Assembly (NCBI GenBank): GCA_027624625.1
Contig: JAQBWH010000001.1
Location: 1,535 to 65,534 of the forward strand
Direction: 5' to 3'
Source: Verrucomicrobiota bacterium
Lineage (GTDB): Bacteria > Verrucomicrobiota > Verrucomicrobiia > Chthoniobacterales > JACTMZ01
DNA length: 64,000 nt
Shown here: positions 42,192-50,704 of the stretch, one piece after another
Position numbering within the stretch: the stretch's first letter is position 1
How the letters are laid out: each line of letters starts with the position of its first letter
The notes under the pieces: model-generated
The model's input: the letters and a program-made list of their open reading frames with translations, nothing else
Databases searched by the model: none
Told to the model about the DNA's origin: nothing
Made by a program: the position numbers and the translations under genes

Positions 42192-43469
42192 TCAGCCCAA
42201 ACCCGGCGAGGAAGAGCCGCCGCCGAGTTCGAGCGGCCGTCCGAGGATCCGGCGGCGAAGCAGGTCGAGGGCCGCGCTGGTGGTCATGTGTTTGAAGGTG
42301 ACGCGGTCGAGCGGGAAGTAGCAGCGGCGGACCACGGTGGGATGTCCCCCGTCGGCGAGGGCCACGTAGACCGTGCCGACCGGTTTGGCTTCCGTTCCGC
42401 CGCCCGGTCCGGCAAGGCCGGTTGTCGAAAGGGCGTATTGGGCGCCGGAGACGCGACGGGCGCCTTCCGCCATGGCCACTGCGACGGGTTCGCTCACCGC
42501 GCCGTGCACGGCGAGCAGACTGGCGGGAACACCGAGGGTCTTTTCCTTGGCCTCGTTGCCATAAGTGATGTAACCGGCAAGAAAGACCTCCGAAGCGCCG
42601 GGCACATTGGTCAAGCGTGCGGACAAAGAACCGCCGGTGCATGATTCGGCCACGGCTACCGTGAGCTGTTTTTCGCGCAGCAGACCGACAAGCGCAGCCT
42701 CGAGGGTGGCTCCGTCCGAATAAATCCAATCCCCGACCACCGCGCGGATGGCGGGTTCGGTCTCGGCGAGGATGGCGGGTGGTCCGATGAGGCGGAAGTC
42801 CACTTCGGAGGGGCGCGCGCAATAGCCGACTTCGAGGTCGCCGCGCTCCTCGAGTTGCTTGCCAATGCGTTCCTCGACCTGACTTTCGCCGATGCCGGTG
42901 AGACGGTAAATGCGTCGCTCGCGAAAGGAGGAAGGGGGCAGTGCAGCGCGCAGCTTGGGCAGGACGTGATCAACAAACATCGGCCTCAATTCGCGCGGAG
43001 GTCCGGGCAGAAGGAAAAGATGACGTGCGCGGTGTCCGCCCAGCACCGGCGGCGGAAAATAGAGTCCGGGTGCCGTCCCGTGCGGGTTGGGCAGCACTTC
43101 CGTGCCGGCCGGAACCATAGCTTGGCGCGCGATACGATCGGCCATGGGGAGACCGCGGCGGGCGAACCGTTGGCGGATCCCGGCAAGAATTTCCTCGTCC
43201 GGCCGCAAAGGAAGTCCCAGCAATTCGGCGGCAGCTTCACGCGTCATGTCGTCGGATGTCGGCCCCAGCCCTCCGGTCGTGAGGACGAGATCCGAGCGGT
43301 CGAGTGCGGCCTCGAGGGCTTGGCGGATGGGTGGGCCATCGGGCACGCAAATTTGACGGGCAATGGTCACGCCGCAGGGGGCGAGTTCCCCGGCGAGGTA
43401 ACCGAGGTGGGTGTTGGTGACGAGCCCGAGCAGAAGTTCGGAGCCCGTGTTGATCACCTCGGCCTGCAT
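42192..43469 (-). CDS. cinA: competence/damage-inducible protein CinA (MoCF-like domain + PncC nicotinamide-nucleotide amidase domain)
   Basis: Start at ATG 43469 (MQAEVINTGSELLLG). C-terminal PncC block AVAESCTGGSL. Confidence 0.88.
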   Translation of the reverse strand: MQAEVINTGSELLLGLVTNTHLGYLAGELAPCGVTIARQICVPDGPPIRQALEAALDRSDLVLTTGGLGPTSDDMTREAAAELLGLPLRPDEEILAGIRQRFARRGLPMADRIARQAMVPAGTEVLPNPHGTAPGLYFPPPVLGGHRARHLFLLPGPPRELRPMFVDHVLPKLRAALPPSSFRERRIYRLTGIGESQVEERIGKQLEERGDLEVGYCARPSEVDFRLIGPPAILAETEPAIRAVVGDWIYSDGATLEAALVGLLREKQLTVAVAESCTGGSLSARLTNVPGASEVFLAGYITYGNEAKEKTLGVPASLLAVHGAVSEPVAVAMAEGARRVSGAQYALSTTGLAGPGGGTEAKPVGTVYVALADGGHPTVVRRCYFPLDRVTFKHMTTSAALDLLRRRILGRPLELGGGSSSPGLG

Positions 43470-44293
43470 CAGCCGCGGACGAGCAGGTGGCTCCAACGTT
43501 TGAGTCGCGCGTATTGGGCGCTGTCGCCCTGGCGATGGTAAACGTAGAGGAGATTGGCAAGGATACGGGCCAGAATTTGTCGCGGCGAAGCGGACGCCAG
43601 GTGCCAGTCCTCAAGCCGCTGATTCTGGCGGCGGAGGATTTCCTCGCAATCGCGCCGGGTCAGGATTTTTCCCTGATGGAACGGATCGAAAAGAATATCG
43701 TCATAGCGGGCGAGAAAGTGGCCGGGCAGGTTGACGCCCTCGACCGGAACGCCGGCATGGTGGCCGACGAGCATGTAAACCAGCGTGAGGGTGATCGGGA
43801 TGCCTTTGCGCGAATCGAGCACGCAGGGCAGAATGGAGTTGCGCTCGGTGTAGTAGTCACCGGTATTGCCGACGAAAACGAGTTCGCCGGCGAGAAAGTC
43901 CGCCATGACCTCGACCTTTTGCCGGCTGTCCGGGGCGCGGCTTAGACGGCGGTCCAGTTCGGTGCCCCAGGTGGCCAGGCGTTGACGGTAGGGCGTCGGT
44001 TCGAATCCCCGCAGCATGGTGGCCCCCAAAAGCCAGCAGGCCTCCTCGAGGTCTGAATTGTCGTTGAAGGTTCCGCACAGGTTCTCGAAACGTTCGAGCG
44101 CCTCGTGTTGCATCACCTCGTGGAGGACATCCCGCGCATGGAGCGCGGCCACCGGGTGGTCGCAGCCGGCCAAGTCGCGCAGGTCCTCAAGGTGGCCGGC
44201 ACCGTCTTGGGCCAGCTGTTCCTTGACCAACCGCACGGTTTGCTCATCGTCGTCGGCGAGCAGGCGGACCAGAGCTGCTTTTTGCGGGTGCAT
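43469..44293 (-). CDS. SirB1/transglutaminase-like family protein (tentative)
   Basis: The core block SILPCVLDSRKGIPITLTLVYMLVGHHAGVPVEGVNLPGHFLARY resembles the SirB1 N-terminal / transglutaminase-like family. ATG 44293 chosen; a TTG at 44308 is possible. Its stop shares 1 nt with the cinA ATG. Confidence 0.6.
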   Translation of the reverse strand: MHPQKAALVRLLADDDEQTVRLVKEQLAQDGAGHLEDLRDLAGCDHPVAALHARDVLHEVMQHEALERFENLCGTFNDNSDLEEACWLLGATMLRGFEPTPYRQRLATWGTELDRRLSRAPDSRQKVEVMADFLAGELVFVGNTGDYYTERNSILPCVLDSRKGIPITLTLVYMLVGHHAGVPVEGVNLPGHFLARYDDILFDPFHQGKILTRRDCEEILRRQNQRLEDWHLASASPRQILARILANLLYVYHRQGDSAQYARLKRWSHLLVRG

Positions 44294-44438
44294 GCGCTTG
44301 AGAAACAACTAAGCAGGTTGAGAGCTTTAAGCAAGCTGGGGGGACGCAGATGGCGGCAGGGTCGAACCGGTGTGGATGGCGGCTTGGGGCTGAAGTCCGA
44401 CTTCGGCATTTCGCCCGTGCCGGTCTTTTTGGCGCGTC

Positions 44439-45278
44439 CTAGACGATTTCGAGCGAGAGATCGATGGCTCTCGCCGAATGGGTGAGGGCCCCGACCGAGA
44501 GATGATCGACGCCGGTGGCGGCAATCGCGGCGACCGTGTCGAGGTTCACCCCGCCGCTGGCCTCGAGAAGAATTTTGCGGTCGGCACGGATCTCGACGGC
44601 GGCGCGGAGTTGGTCGTTCGACATATTGTCGAGGAGGATGATGTCGATGTCGCGGAGGCCGCAGAGGAGGCGGACCTGATCGAGGGTGTCGGCTTCAATT
44701 TCGATGAGGATGCCGGGCGCCTGTTTTTTGGCTTGGTCGATGGCGCCTTGCAGTCCGGTGGTGTCGGCGGTAACGGCCAAGTGGTTGTCCTTGGCCAAGA
44801 CGCGGTCGAAGAGGCCGAGGCGGTGGTTGGTCCCGCCGCCGACGCGAACCGCAAGGCGTTCGAATTCGCGGAGTCCGGGGGTGGTTTTTCGGGTATCGAG
44901 GATGACCGCGTTTGTTCCGGCCACGGCATCGACGAAGCGGCGGGTGAGGGTGGCGATGCCGCTGAGTCGTTGGAGGAAGTTGAGGGCGGTGCGTTCGGCC
45001 GAGAGGAGGGCGCGGGTCGGACCCGTGACGGTGAGGATGAGGGTGCCGGGAGCGAGTCGGTCGCCGTCGTTCTGTTGGGCGGTGATCTCGATGGTCGGAT
45101 CGACTTGGCGGAAGACTTCCATGCTGGCTGCGGTGCCGGCCAGGATGGCGGATTCCCCGGCGGTGAGGCGGGCGCTGGAACGGTGGTCTGCGGGGAGGAA
45201 GCACTCGGAGGTGATATCTCCGGAGCCGAGGTCTTCGGATAGGGCGCGCCGGATAGTTTCGCGGGCGGTCGGGGTCAT
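44439..45278 (-). CDS. nadC: nicotinate-nucleotide pyrophosphorylase (carboxylating)
   Basis: Start at ATG 45278 (MTPTARETIRRALSEDLGSGDITS). Also TRKTTPGLR and ASGGVNLDTV motifs. Confidence 0.9.
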   Translation of the reverse strand: MTPTARETIRRALSEDLGSGDITSECFLPADHRSSARLTAGESAILAGTAASMEVFRQVDPTIEITAQQNDGDRLAPGTLILTVTGPTRALLSAERTALNFLQRLSGIATLTRRFVDAVAGTNAVILDTRKTTPGLREFERLAVRVGGGTNHRLGLFDRVLAKDNHLAVTADTTGLQGAIDQAKKQAPGILIEIEADTLDQVRLLCGLRDIDIILLDNMSNDQLRAAVEIRADRKILLEASGGVNLDTVAAIAATGVDHLSVGALTHSARAIDLSLEIV

Positions 45279-45315
45279 GGGCGGGCGGACGATCGGCGCG
45301 GGGGACGGAACTGGT

Positions 45316-46368
45316 CTAAAGAAGATCGACTTGGAGCAGGTCGCTTTGCCAAGGGAGGAGGCGGGCACAGTCTTGCTGGGCGACGGACATCAGAGTGAGG
45401 CGCGAGGCGATGAGCGAGGGGTCGAGGGCGAGTTCTCGGGCTACGGCATCGCGCTTTTCGCGGAGTTTTTCGAAGAGGCGGCAGGCGGCGCCGCTGGGAC
45501 GCGGTTTGCCTTCGCGCTCGAAGACGGGCCATTCGCTTTCGGGAAGATCGAGGGCGGCGCGGAGAGTTTCCTTCATGCGGGCGTAGCGCGGGGGCGGCAT
45601 GCGATGGACCTCGAATTTTTTCCCAGCCACGGCAGCGCAGGCCGCATCGATCATGCGGTCGTTGGAGATGACGTGGAAGGTTGGACGGTCCCAAGCGCTG
45701 GCTTCGGCATCCCTCCAGTGCCAGAGGGCGCGGAGGACAGCGGCCTCGCGGGGCGCGAGTTTGTTGCTGCCGCTGACGCGCCAGGCCTTTTCCAAATCCC
45801 GCTCGCGCGGTTCGCGGGCGCTTCGCACCATGGCGTCGCGGGACTGGCCGTACCATTCCCAGCGGCCAAGTTCTTTGAGTTGGTTTTCGAGGATTTCGGC
45901 GAGGGGAAGGAGGTAGCGGACGTCGTTCAGCGCGTATTCTTCCATGCGTGGGGGCAGAGGGCGGCGTCCCCAGTCGGCGCGCTGCGAAGCTTTGCAGAGG
46001 GTGACGTCGAAAAATTTCTGCACGAGGGCCGCGTAGCCGATTTGTTCGAGGCCGAGGAAGCGCGCGGCGATGGATGTGTCGAAGATGTCGGTCGCGTCGA
46101 AGGCGGGGTGACGTCCGAGCAGGCGCAGGTCGTAATCCGCCCCGTGGATGATAAGGGTATGCGCGGTGAGAGACGCGTAGAATGCGGAGAGGTCGAGTCC
46201 CTCGGCCAGCGGGTCGACCAGAAAATAACCGTCGGGCGAGCAAACCTGCACAAGACAGACCTTTTCGTAGTAGCTGTGCAGGCTGTCGGCCTCGGTATCG
46301 ACTCCGATAACCTTGTGCGTGTCGAGGCGGGAGGTGAAGTCCGCCAGTTGTTCCGGCGTGGAGATCAA
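45316..46368 (-). CDS. rnd: ribonuclease D (DEDDy 3'-5' exonuclease + HRDC)
   Basis: IGVDTEADSLHSYYEKVCLVQV, HGADYDLRLL and YALNDVRYLL are the Exo I-III motifs. No in-frame ATG lies near the conserved N-terminus. The proposed TTG start at 46368 overlaps the nuoC TGA (TTGA). Confidence 0.8.
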   Translation of the reverse strand: MISTPEQLADFTSRLDTHKVIGVDTEADSLHSYYEKVCLVQVCSPDGYFLVDPLAEGLDLSAFYASLTAHTLIIHGADYDLRLLGRHPAFDATDIFDTSIAARFLGLEQIGYAALVQKFFDVTLCKASQRADWGRRPLPPRMEEYALNDVRYLLPLAEILENQLKELGRWEWYGQSRDAMVRSAREPRERDLEKAWRVSGSNKLAPREAAVLRALWHWRDAEASAWDRPTFHVISNDRMIDAACAAVAGKKFEVHRMPPPRYARMKETLRAALDLPESEWPVFEREGKPRPSGAACRLFEKLREKRDAVARELALDPSLIASRLTLMSVAQQDCARLLPWQSDLLQVDLL

Positions 46369-46973
46369 GGTTCCGCGATGAAGGTCTGCTTGGGCGGGAG
46401 GTCGCCGGCGCGACGGGCGCGCGGTTCGCGGACTTCGGTGGTGCCCTCGACGGGGGTGGTGACAAACGGGCCGCCGGCAAGGGGGGCGGGCTCGGTGAAG
46501 GCAACGTCGGGCACATCGCTGAATTTGCCTTCGAGCGGGAAATCTTTGCGCAGGGGATGATACGGATAACCCTCCCACATGATGATGCGGCGGAGGTCCG
46601 GGTGGCGGGCAAAGCGGATCCCCATCATGTCCCACACCTCGCGCTCGTGCCAATTGGCGGTCGGCCAGAGGTCGCAGACGGTCGGCACTACGGGCTCGTC
46701 CTCCGTGGCAGTGGTCTTGAGGCGGAGGTGGAGTCCGTTCCCGAGGGAATAGAGTTCGTAGACGACTTCGTAGCGCGGTTCGTGCTCGAAATTGTCGAGA
46801 CTCGAAATATCGAGGAGGAAGTTGAAGCCGAGTTCGTCGCGGCAGAATTCGCAGACCGGTCGGAGGGCTTCGGGTTGGAGCAACAGGGTCGTCTCACCGC
46901 GGAATTCCACTCGGCCGGTCACGCCTCCTCCGAAACGGGAGGCCAGAGCATCTGCGACGTCGGGAAGCTTCAT
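46365..46973 (-). CDS. nuoC: NADH-quinone oxidoreductase subunit C
   Basis: 202 aa. The NuoC/30-kDa family block ANWHEREVWDMMGIRFARHPDLRRI is present. Confidence 0.88.
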   Translation of the reverse strand: MKLPDVADALASRFGGGVTGRVEFRGETTLLLQPEALRPVCEFCRDELGFNFLLDISSLDNFEHEPRYEVVYELYSLGNGLHLRLKTTATEDEPVVPTVCDLWPTANWHEREVWDMMGIRFARHPDLRRIIMWEGYPYHPLRKDFPLEGKFSDVPDVAFTEPAPLAGGPFVTTPVEGTTEVREPRARRAGDLPPKQTFIAEP

Positions 46974-47495
46974 TCAGATCGAGGCAAGCAATTCTTTTTT
47001 CTGCTCGAGGAAAGAATGTTCTCCCATGATTTTTTTCTGCAGCCGCATGAGGCCGTCGAGGAGGGCTTCGGGGCGGGGCGGGCAACCGGAGACGTAGACG
47101 TCAACCGGAATAAGGTGGTCGATGCCTTGGAGCACGGCATAGCTGCGATACATGCCGCCGGAAGATGCGCAAGCGCCCATGGCGATAACCCATTTCGGAT
47201 CGGCCATTTGATCGTAGATGCGTTTGACCGCGAGGGCCATTTTGTAGGTCACGGTGCCGGCAACAATCATGACGTCAGCCTGGCGCGGCGAGAAGCGCAT
47301 GACTTCGGCGCCGAAGCGGGCGATGTCGAAACGGGCGGCTCCGGCGGCCATGAGTTCGATCGCACAGCAGGCGAGGCCCATGGGCATGGGCCAGAGCGAG
47401 TTGCTGCGCATCCAGTTGATGGCGGTATCGAGTTGGGTGAAAATGATGTTGCCCTCGATTTTGGAATCGTAGGCGTAAGGGTCGTGGTCACTCAT
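46974..47495 (-). CDS. nuoB: NADH-quinone oxidoreductase subunit B
   Basis: Start at ATG 47495 ([11 protein letters not shown]). The N2 cluster cysteines are present: [24 protein letters not shown]. Confidence 0.92.
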   Translation of the reverse strand: MSDHDPYAYDSKIEGNIIFTQLDTAINWMRSNSLWPMPMGLACCAIELMAAGAARFDIARFGAEVMRFSPRQADVMIVAGTVTYKMALAVKRIYDQMADPKWVIAMGACASSGGMYRSYAVLQGIDHLIPVDVYVSGCPPRPEALLDGLMRLQKKIMGEHSFLEQKKELLASI

Positions 47496-48588
47496 CGGAT
47501 GAAGGAAACTTACGGTCGGCGGCGTCGCCTGACAAGCCGCGTTGCGGCTGGGGCTCGGACCGGGAGGCGGGATCCCAGGTGAGGAGGTCGATGAGTTTTT
47601 CTCCGCTTTCACCGAGGCGTGGCCGATCGCGCGGGCCATTGATCAGACCGCGGGTCAGCTTGGTGTAGGGGAATGCCGCCGGCGCGACCCAGGCGACGCG
47701 CGGGGCGGGGGCGGGTTCGGTCGAAGGTTCGATCAGGACGGGAAATCCGGGTGCGGTGAAGGAAACCAGCCACGAGCGTGCTCCGGCGGGATTGCCTTTG
47801 ACCAGCCAAGGGTAGCGGCGGGGGAGTTGGAAGTGCGGGGATTCCGGGATGCGGACGGAGAAGAAAGACTGCTGTTGGCGGATAAATTGCGGGAGGGTAA
47901 GAGAAGGATTCTGGCGTTGCTGGAGGTAGAATCCCGCGATGTCGAGGCCGATCAGATTGATGCCATTGTAGAGTCCGTGTTTATTCGGCGAGGAAAAATT
48001 GGCGGGGTGCCAGCTGGCGAACTGGTCATGCCAGAGGAGGGCAACTTCGAGGTGCAGGTGGGCGCGGCGCTGGTTGAGGCCGTCACCGGTGTAACCAAGG
48101 CGGCCGACGCGGCCGCCTGGCCCGATGGTTTGCCCGCGATGCCCATCGATGGTGGCAAGGTGGGCGTAGACGCTGTAGACCGGCGCGCCCCCGACCTTGT
48201 GCTCGATCACGACGAATTTTCCGTAGTTCGAATCTTTCGCCTCGTTGCTGACGTGCACCACGCGTCCTCCTTCAATCGCGCGAATCTCGTCGAGCGGTTC
48301 GCCGGATGCGTCCCGGCGGAGAGGGCTCACGTCGATGCCTTCGTGAAACTTGGTCGCCAGGACTTTTCCGTCCACCCGTTGCGGGTTGCGGGTAAACCCG
48401 TAGCTGCCCCCCTGCCACGGCCGGCTTTTGACACCCTCGAAATCGCGGTCCGTGGACATGTAAAACTTTTCCGGTTTACCACGGAAAAGTTCCTCGTTGT
48501 CCGTAGGCAAGACGGGGGAAAAAGACTTGGCCGGAGGGACGGCGAGGAGGAAAAAAAGGGGGAGCGAGACGGCGAGGAGGTTGGTCAT
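47488..48588 (-). CDS. M23 family metallopeptidase (LytM-like), secreted
   Basis: Signal peptide [23 protein letters not shown]23 motifs HEGIDV and AHLHLEV. Its 3' end overlaps the nuoB start by 8 nt. Confidence 0.85.
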   Translation of the reverse strand: MTNLLAVSLPLFFLLAVPPAKSFSPVLPTDNEELFRGKPEKFYMSTDRDFEGVKSRPWQGGSYGFTRNPQRVDGKVLATKFHEGIDVSPLRRDASGEPLDEIRAIEGGRVVHVSNEAKDSNYGKFVVIEHKVGGAPVYSVYAHLATIDGHRGQTIGPGGRVGRLGYTGDGLNQRRAHLHLEVALLWHDQFASWHPANFSSPNKHGLYNGINLIGLDIAGFYLQQRQNPSLTLPQFIRQQQSFFSVRIPESPHFQLPRRYPWLVKGNPAGARSWLVSFTAPGFPVLIEPSTEPAPAPRVAWVAPAAFPYTKLTRGLINGPRDRPRLGESGEKLIDLLTWDPASRSEPQPQRGLSGDAADRKFPSSDE

Positions 48589-49052
48589 CGCTTTTTGCCA
48601 CTCTCACCGATGACCGGGTAGGCCGAGGTGAGCAGCTCCACCTCGGTGCTGTCGAGTCCTCGCGGGATGCTGACGATCCCGTCGTTGACCGGCCGGTCGA
48701 CCACCAAATTGCTCACCTGGCGGCCGTTGAAAAAAACGGCGAGCAGACGGCCGCTTCTTTCCATGGTGTACTGCTTGAGCAGGGCGGATCCGTGATTGTC
48801 GAGTTTGAGGTAGATGCCCTCGGATCCATCCGCGGCGGCAAACGGAAAGACAGAGTGGATTTCGCGCTGCGTGATGAGCGGCATGCGGGAGAGAAACGTT
48901 TGGCGGCCGTTCAGCAAGGTGGCGGGGAAGGCGAAGGTCGGGGCTTCGGCGGCGATGCCTTCGCCGTGGATGCGCAATTCGACAACCGGCTTCTTGGCCC
49001 CTCCGGTGCAGAGCAGGGAGGCAACGCAAAGGATAAAAAAAGGCCGGCGCAC
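48585..49052 (-). CDS. hypothetical lipoprotein (SecD P1-head-like domain, tentative)
   Basis: A GTG at 49052 gives (M)RRPFFILCVASLLC|TGG, a clean lipobox. The ORF-track start at 49097 is a TTG. The C-terminal block LKLDNHGSALLKQYTMERSGRLLAVFFNGRQVSNLVVDRPVNDGIVSI resembles the SecD/SecF periplasmic head. Its stop overlaps the M23 ATG (ATGA). Confidence 0.55.
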   Translation of the reverse strand: MRRPFFILCVASLLCTGGAKKPVVELRIHGEGIAAEAPTFAFPATLLNGRQTFLSRMPLITQREIHSVFPFAAADGSEGIYLKLDNHGSALLKQYTMERSGRLLAVFFNGRQVSNLVVDRPVNDGIVSIPRGLDSTEVELLTSAYPVIGESGKKR

Positions 49053-49119
49053 CCAGACAGGTAAACGGGGAGCGCCGGTAATTGCAACCGTGCGCAAAGC
49101 GCGTTTATATTACCGTTCC

Positions 49120-49578
49120 ATGCGGAGCGCGGGGCTTGCCATCATTTTTGTCGCAGCATTGGCTGCCTGCGTTCCATCGAAAAAAGAGGGCACTGCAGGG
49201 GCCGCATCGGCGGCGGGAATCCCTCTGCGTCCCAGCCTGCGGGCCGAACCGGGCGAATTCCGTCTCTCCCGGCATCGCGAGGTCCGGGTTGTTTTCTCCT
49301 TGGTCAATATCTCGCGGCGGGTACTTGTCTTGGACTTTCCGACGGAGCAACACTTTGAAGTCGCCATGCGAACTTCCGGTGGCCAGAGACTTTTTCTCTG
49401 GTCGGAGGACCGCCACTTTGCCGCTGCGGCTTCATCAGTCGTGATCAATCCCGGTGAACGGCTCGAATACGAGGCCGACGTTCCGACCCGTGAGATGGAG
49501 GTGGGTGGCATTTACCCCGTGGAAGCTTTTCTTCTCGGATACCCGGAGACGACCTCGACGATTATGCTGTCCCCGTAA
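49120..49578 (+). CDS. hypothetical lipoprotein (BsuPI-type protease-inhibitor-like fold, tentative)
   Basis: Start at ATG 49120 (MRSAGLAIIFVAALAAC, a lipobox). About 150 aa, beta-rich. The pattern of alternating strands (VRVVFSLVNISRRVLVLDFPTEQHFEVAM) recalls PF12690-like inhibitors. This is weak recall only. Confidence 0.5.
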   Translation: MRSAGLAIIFVAALAACVPSKKEGTAGAASAAGIPLRPSLRAEPGEFRLSRHREVRVVFSLVNISRRVLVLDFPTEQHFEVAMRTSGGQRLFLWSEDRHFAAAASSVVINPGERLEYEADVPTREMEVGGIYPVEAFLLGYPETTSTIMLSP

Positions 49579-49640
49579 ATGAGGCGCAGCGCTTTGGATT
49601 TGACCGTGAGTCGACGGGGGGCTTTATTGACTCGCCTGCC

Positions 49641-50249
49641 ATGAATGCCATCCTGCGAATCGGCTTTTGCCTGCTGCTCGCGGCCTTGGCCGGTTGCACG
49701 ACATACGACCGGCGTCTGACTAGTTCCACGACGCGCTACCTGACCTCCGGAGGTGACGTCGTGGCCAAGCCCTCCAGCGTTGGCATCATTGACACGGTGT
49801 CCTACTGGGACGGAGATGGAGTGTCTGGTCGGCCCTCTATCACGATCGACTTAGGTGAACAAAAAACCTTTTTTTACAAGGATGGGCGCCTCGTCGGGGT
49901 CTCGATGATCTCCTCCGGCCGAGAAGGTTACCGCACGCCGCCCGGTCAATACAAAGTGCTCCAGAAAAGCAAAGACCACGTCTCGAACCTTTACGGTGAC
50001 TATGTTGACCAAGGAGGCAACTTGATGGTGGCCAATGTCGGGGTAAAGCGCGATCCCAAGCCGCCGGGCGCCAAGTTCCGCGGGGCGCCAATGCCTTATT
50101 TTTTGCGTTTCCACGGCGGCTATGGCTTGCATGCCGGATTTCTTCCCGGCTTCGCGGCGTCGCACGGATGTGTGCGTATGCCCGAGCGTATGGCGCAAAT
50201 TTTCTTTGCCAACGTTTCGCCCGGCACACCGGTGCGCGTGGTCGAGTGA
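49641..50249 (+). CDS. L,D-transpeptidase (YkuD domain) lipoprotein
   Basis: Lipobox LLAALAGC. YkuD catalytic motif HGGYGLHAGFLPGFAASHGCVRMP. Confidence 0.85.
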   Translation: MNAILRIGFCLLLAALAGCTTYDRRLTSSTTRYLTSGGDVVAKPSSVGIIDTVSYWDGDGVSGRPSITIDLGEQKTFFYKDGRLVGVSMISSGREGYRTPPGQYKVLQKSKDHVSNLYGDYVDQGGNLMVANVGVKRDPKPPGAKFRGAPMPYFLRFHGGYGLHAGFLPGFAASHGCVRMPERMAQIFFANVSPGTPVRVVE

Positions 50250-50259
50250 TTTAACGCGC

Positions 50260-50704
50260 ATGACGGACGCGCCCGAGTGGCTGGCGTGGGTGCAGGGCCT
50301 CCAGGCTGCCGCGACCTTCGGTTTGACCGGCGTCATTTGGCTGGTCCAATTGGTCCAATATCCGGCCTTTACCCGGGTCGGTGCGGCGGAATTCGGCGCC
50401 TTCCACCGGCATCACTGCCGCTCGATCGGGCTGGTGGTCGGGCCGCTCATGGTCCTGGAGTTGTCCACCGCGGGATGGTTGGCACTGGCCGGCCAGCCAC
50501 TTTGGTTCTGGCGTTTGATGTTGGGTATTTTGCTCGTCATCTGGTTGTCCACCGTCTTCTGGCAGGGACCCTTGCACGGGCGTTTTTCCCGCGAGGGGGG
50601 GGCGTCCGGAATTGGTCCGCGCCTTGGTCGAGGGCAACTGGCTGCGCACCGTTTTCTGGACCCTGCGGTCGGCGGGCTTGGTCTGGTTCTACGCTCGCGG
50701 GTGA
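50260..50704 (+). pseudogene. small multi-pass membrane protein (DUF1772/anthrone-oxygenase-like, tentative), frameshifted at a G8 tract
   Basis: ATG 50260 (MTDAPEWLAWVQGLQ...) reads well up to the G8 run at 50595-50602. After the run, the in-frame continuation runs antisense through xerC to 50919. The +1 frame instead gives PELVRALVEGNWLRTVFWTLRSAGLVWFYARG* and ends at 50704. Removing one G joins the two into a 147-aa protein. Confidence 0.6.
50595..50602 (+). repeat. homopolymeric G8 tract inside a coding region
   Basis: Read directly: gcgaGGGGGGGGcgtcc. Confidence 0.95.

Noticed and set aside
44381-44400. Short inverted repeat (GAAGTC c GACTTC) in the nadC / SirB1-like intergenic gap, considered as a terminator or small RNA.
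   Set aside because: The stem is only 4-6 bp with a minimal loop, and no U-tract follows on the transcribed (minus) strand. That is not enough to call a terminator or ncRNA.
49088-49118. Possible dif site (ccgtgcgcaaagcgcgtttatattaccgttc) in the AT-richer divergent intergenic region.
   Set aside because: Only the GTGCGCA part of the XerC arm matches the E. coli-type consensus. The putative XerD arm matches poorly (about 7/11 at best), and only with a 5-nt rather than 6-nt spacer. The AT-rich patch is more likely a divergent promoter.
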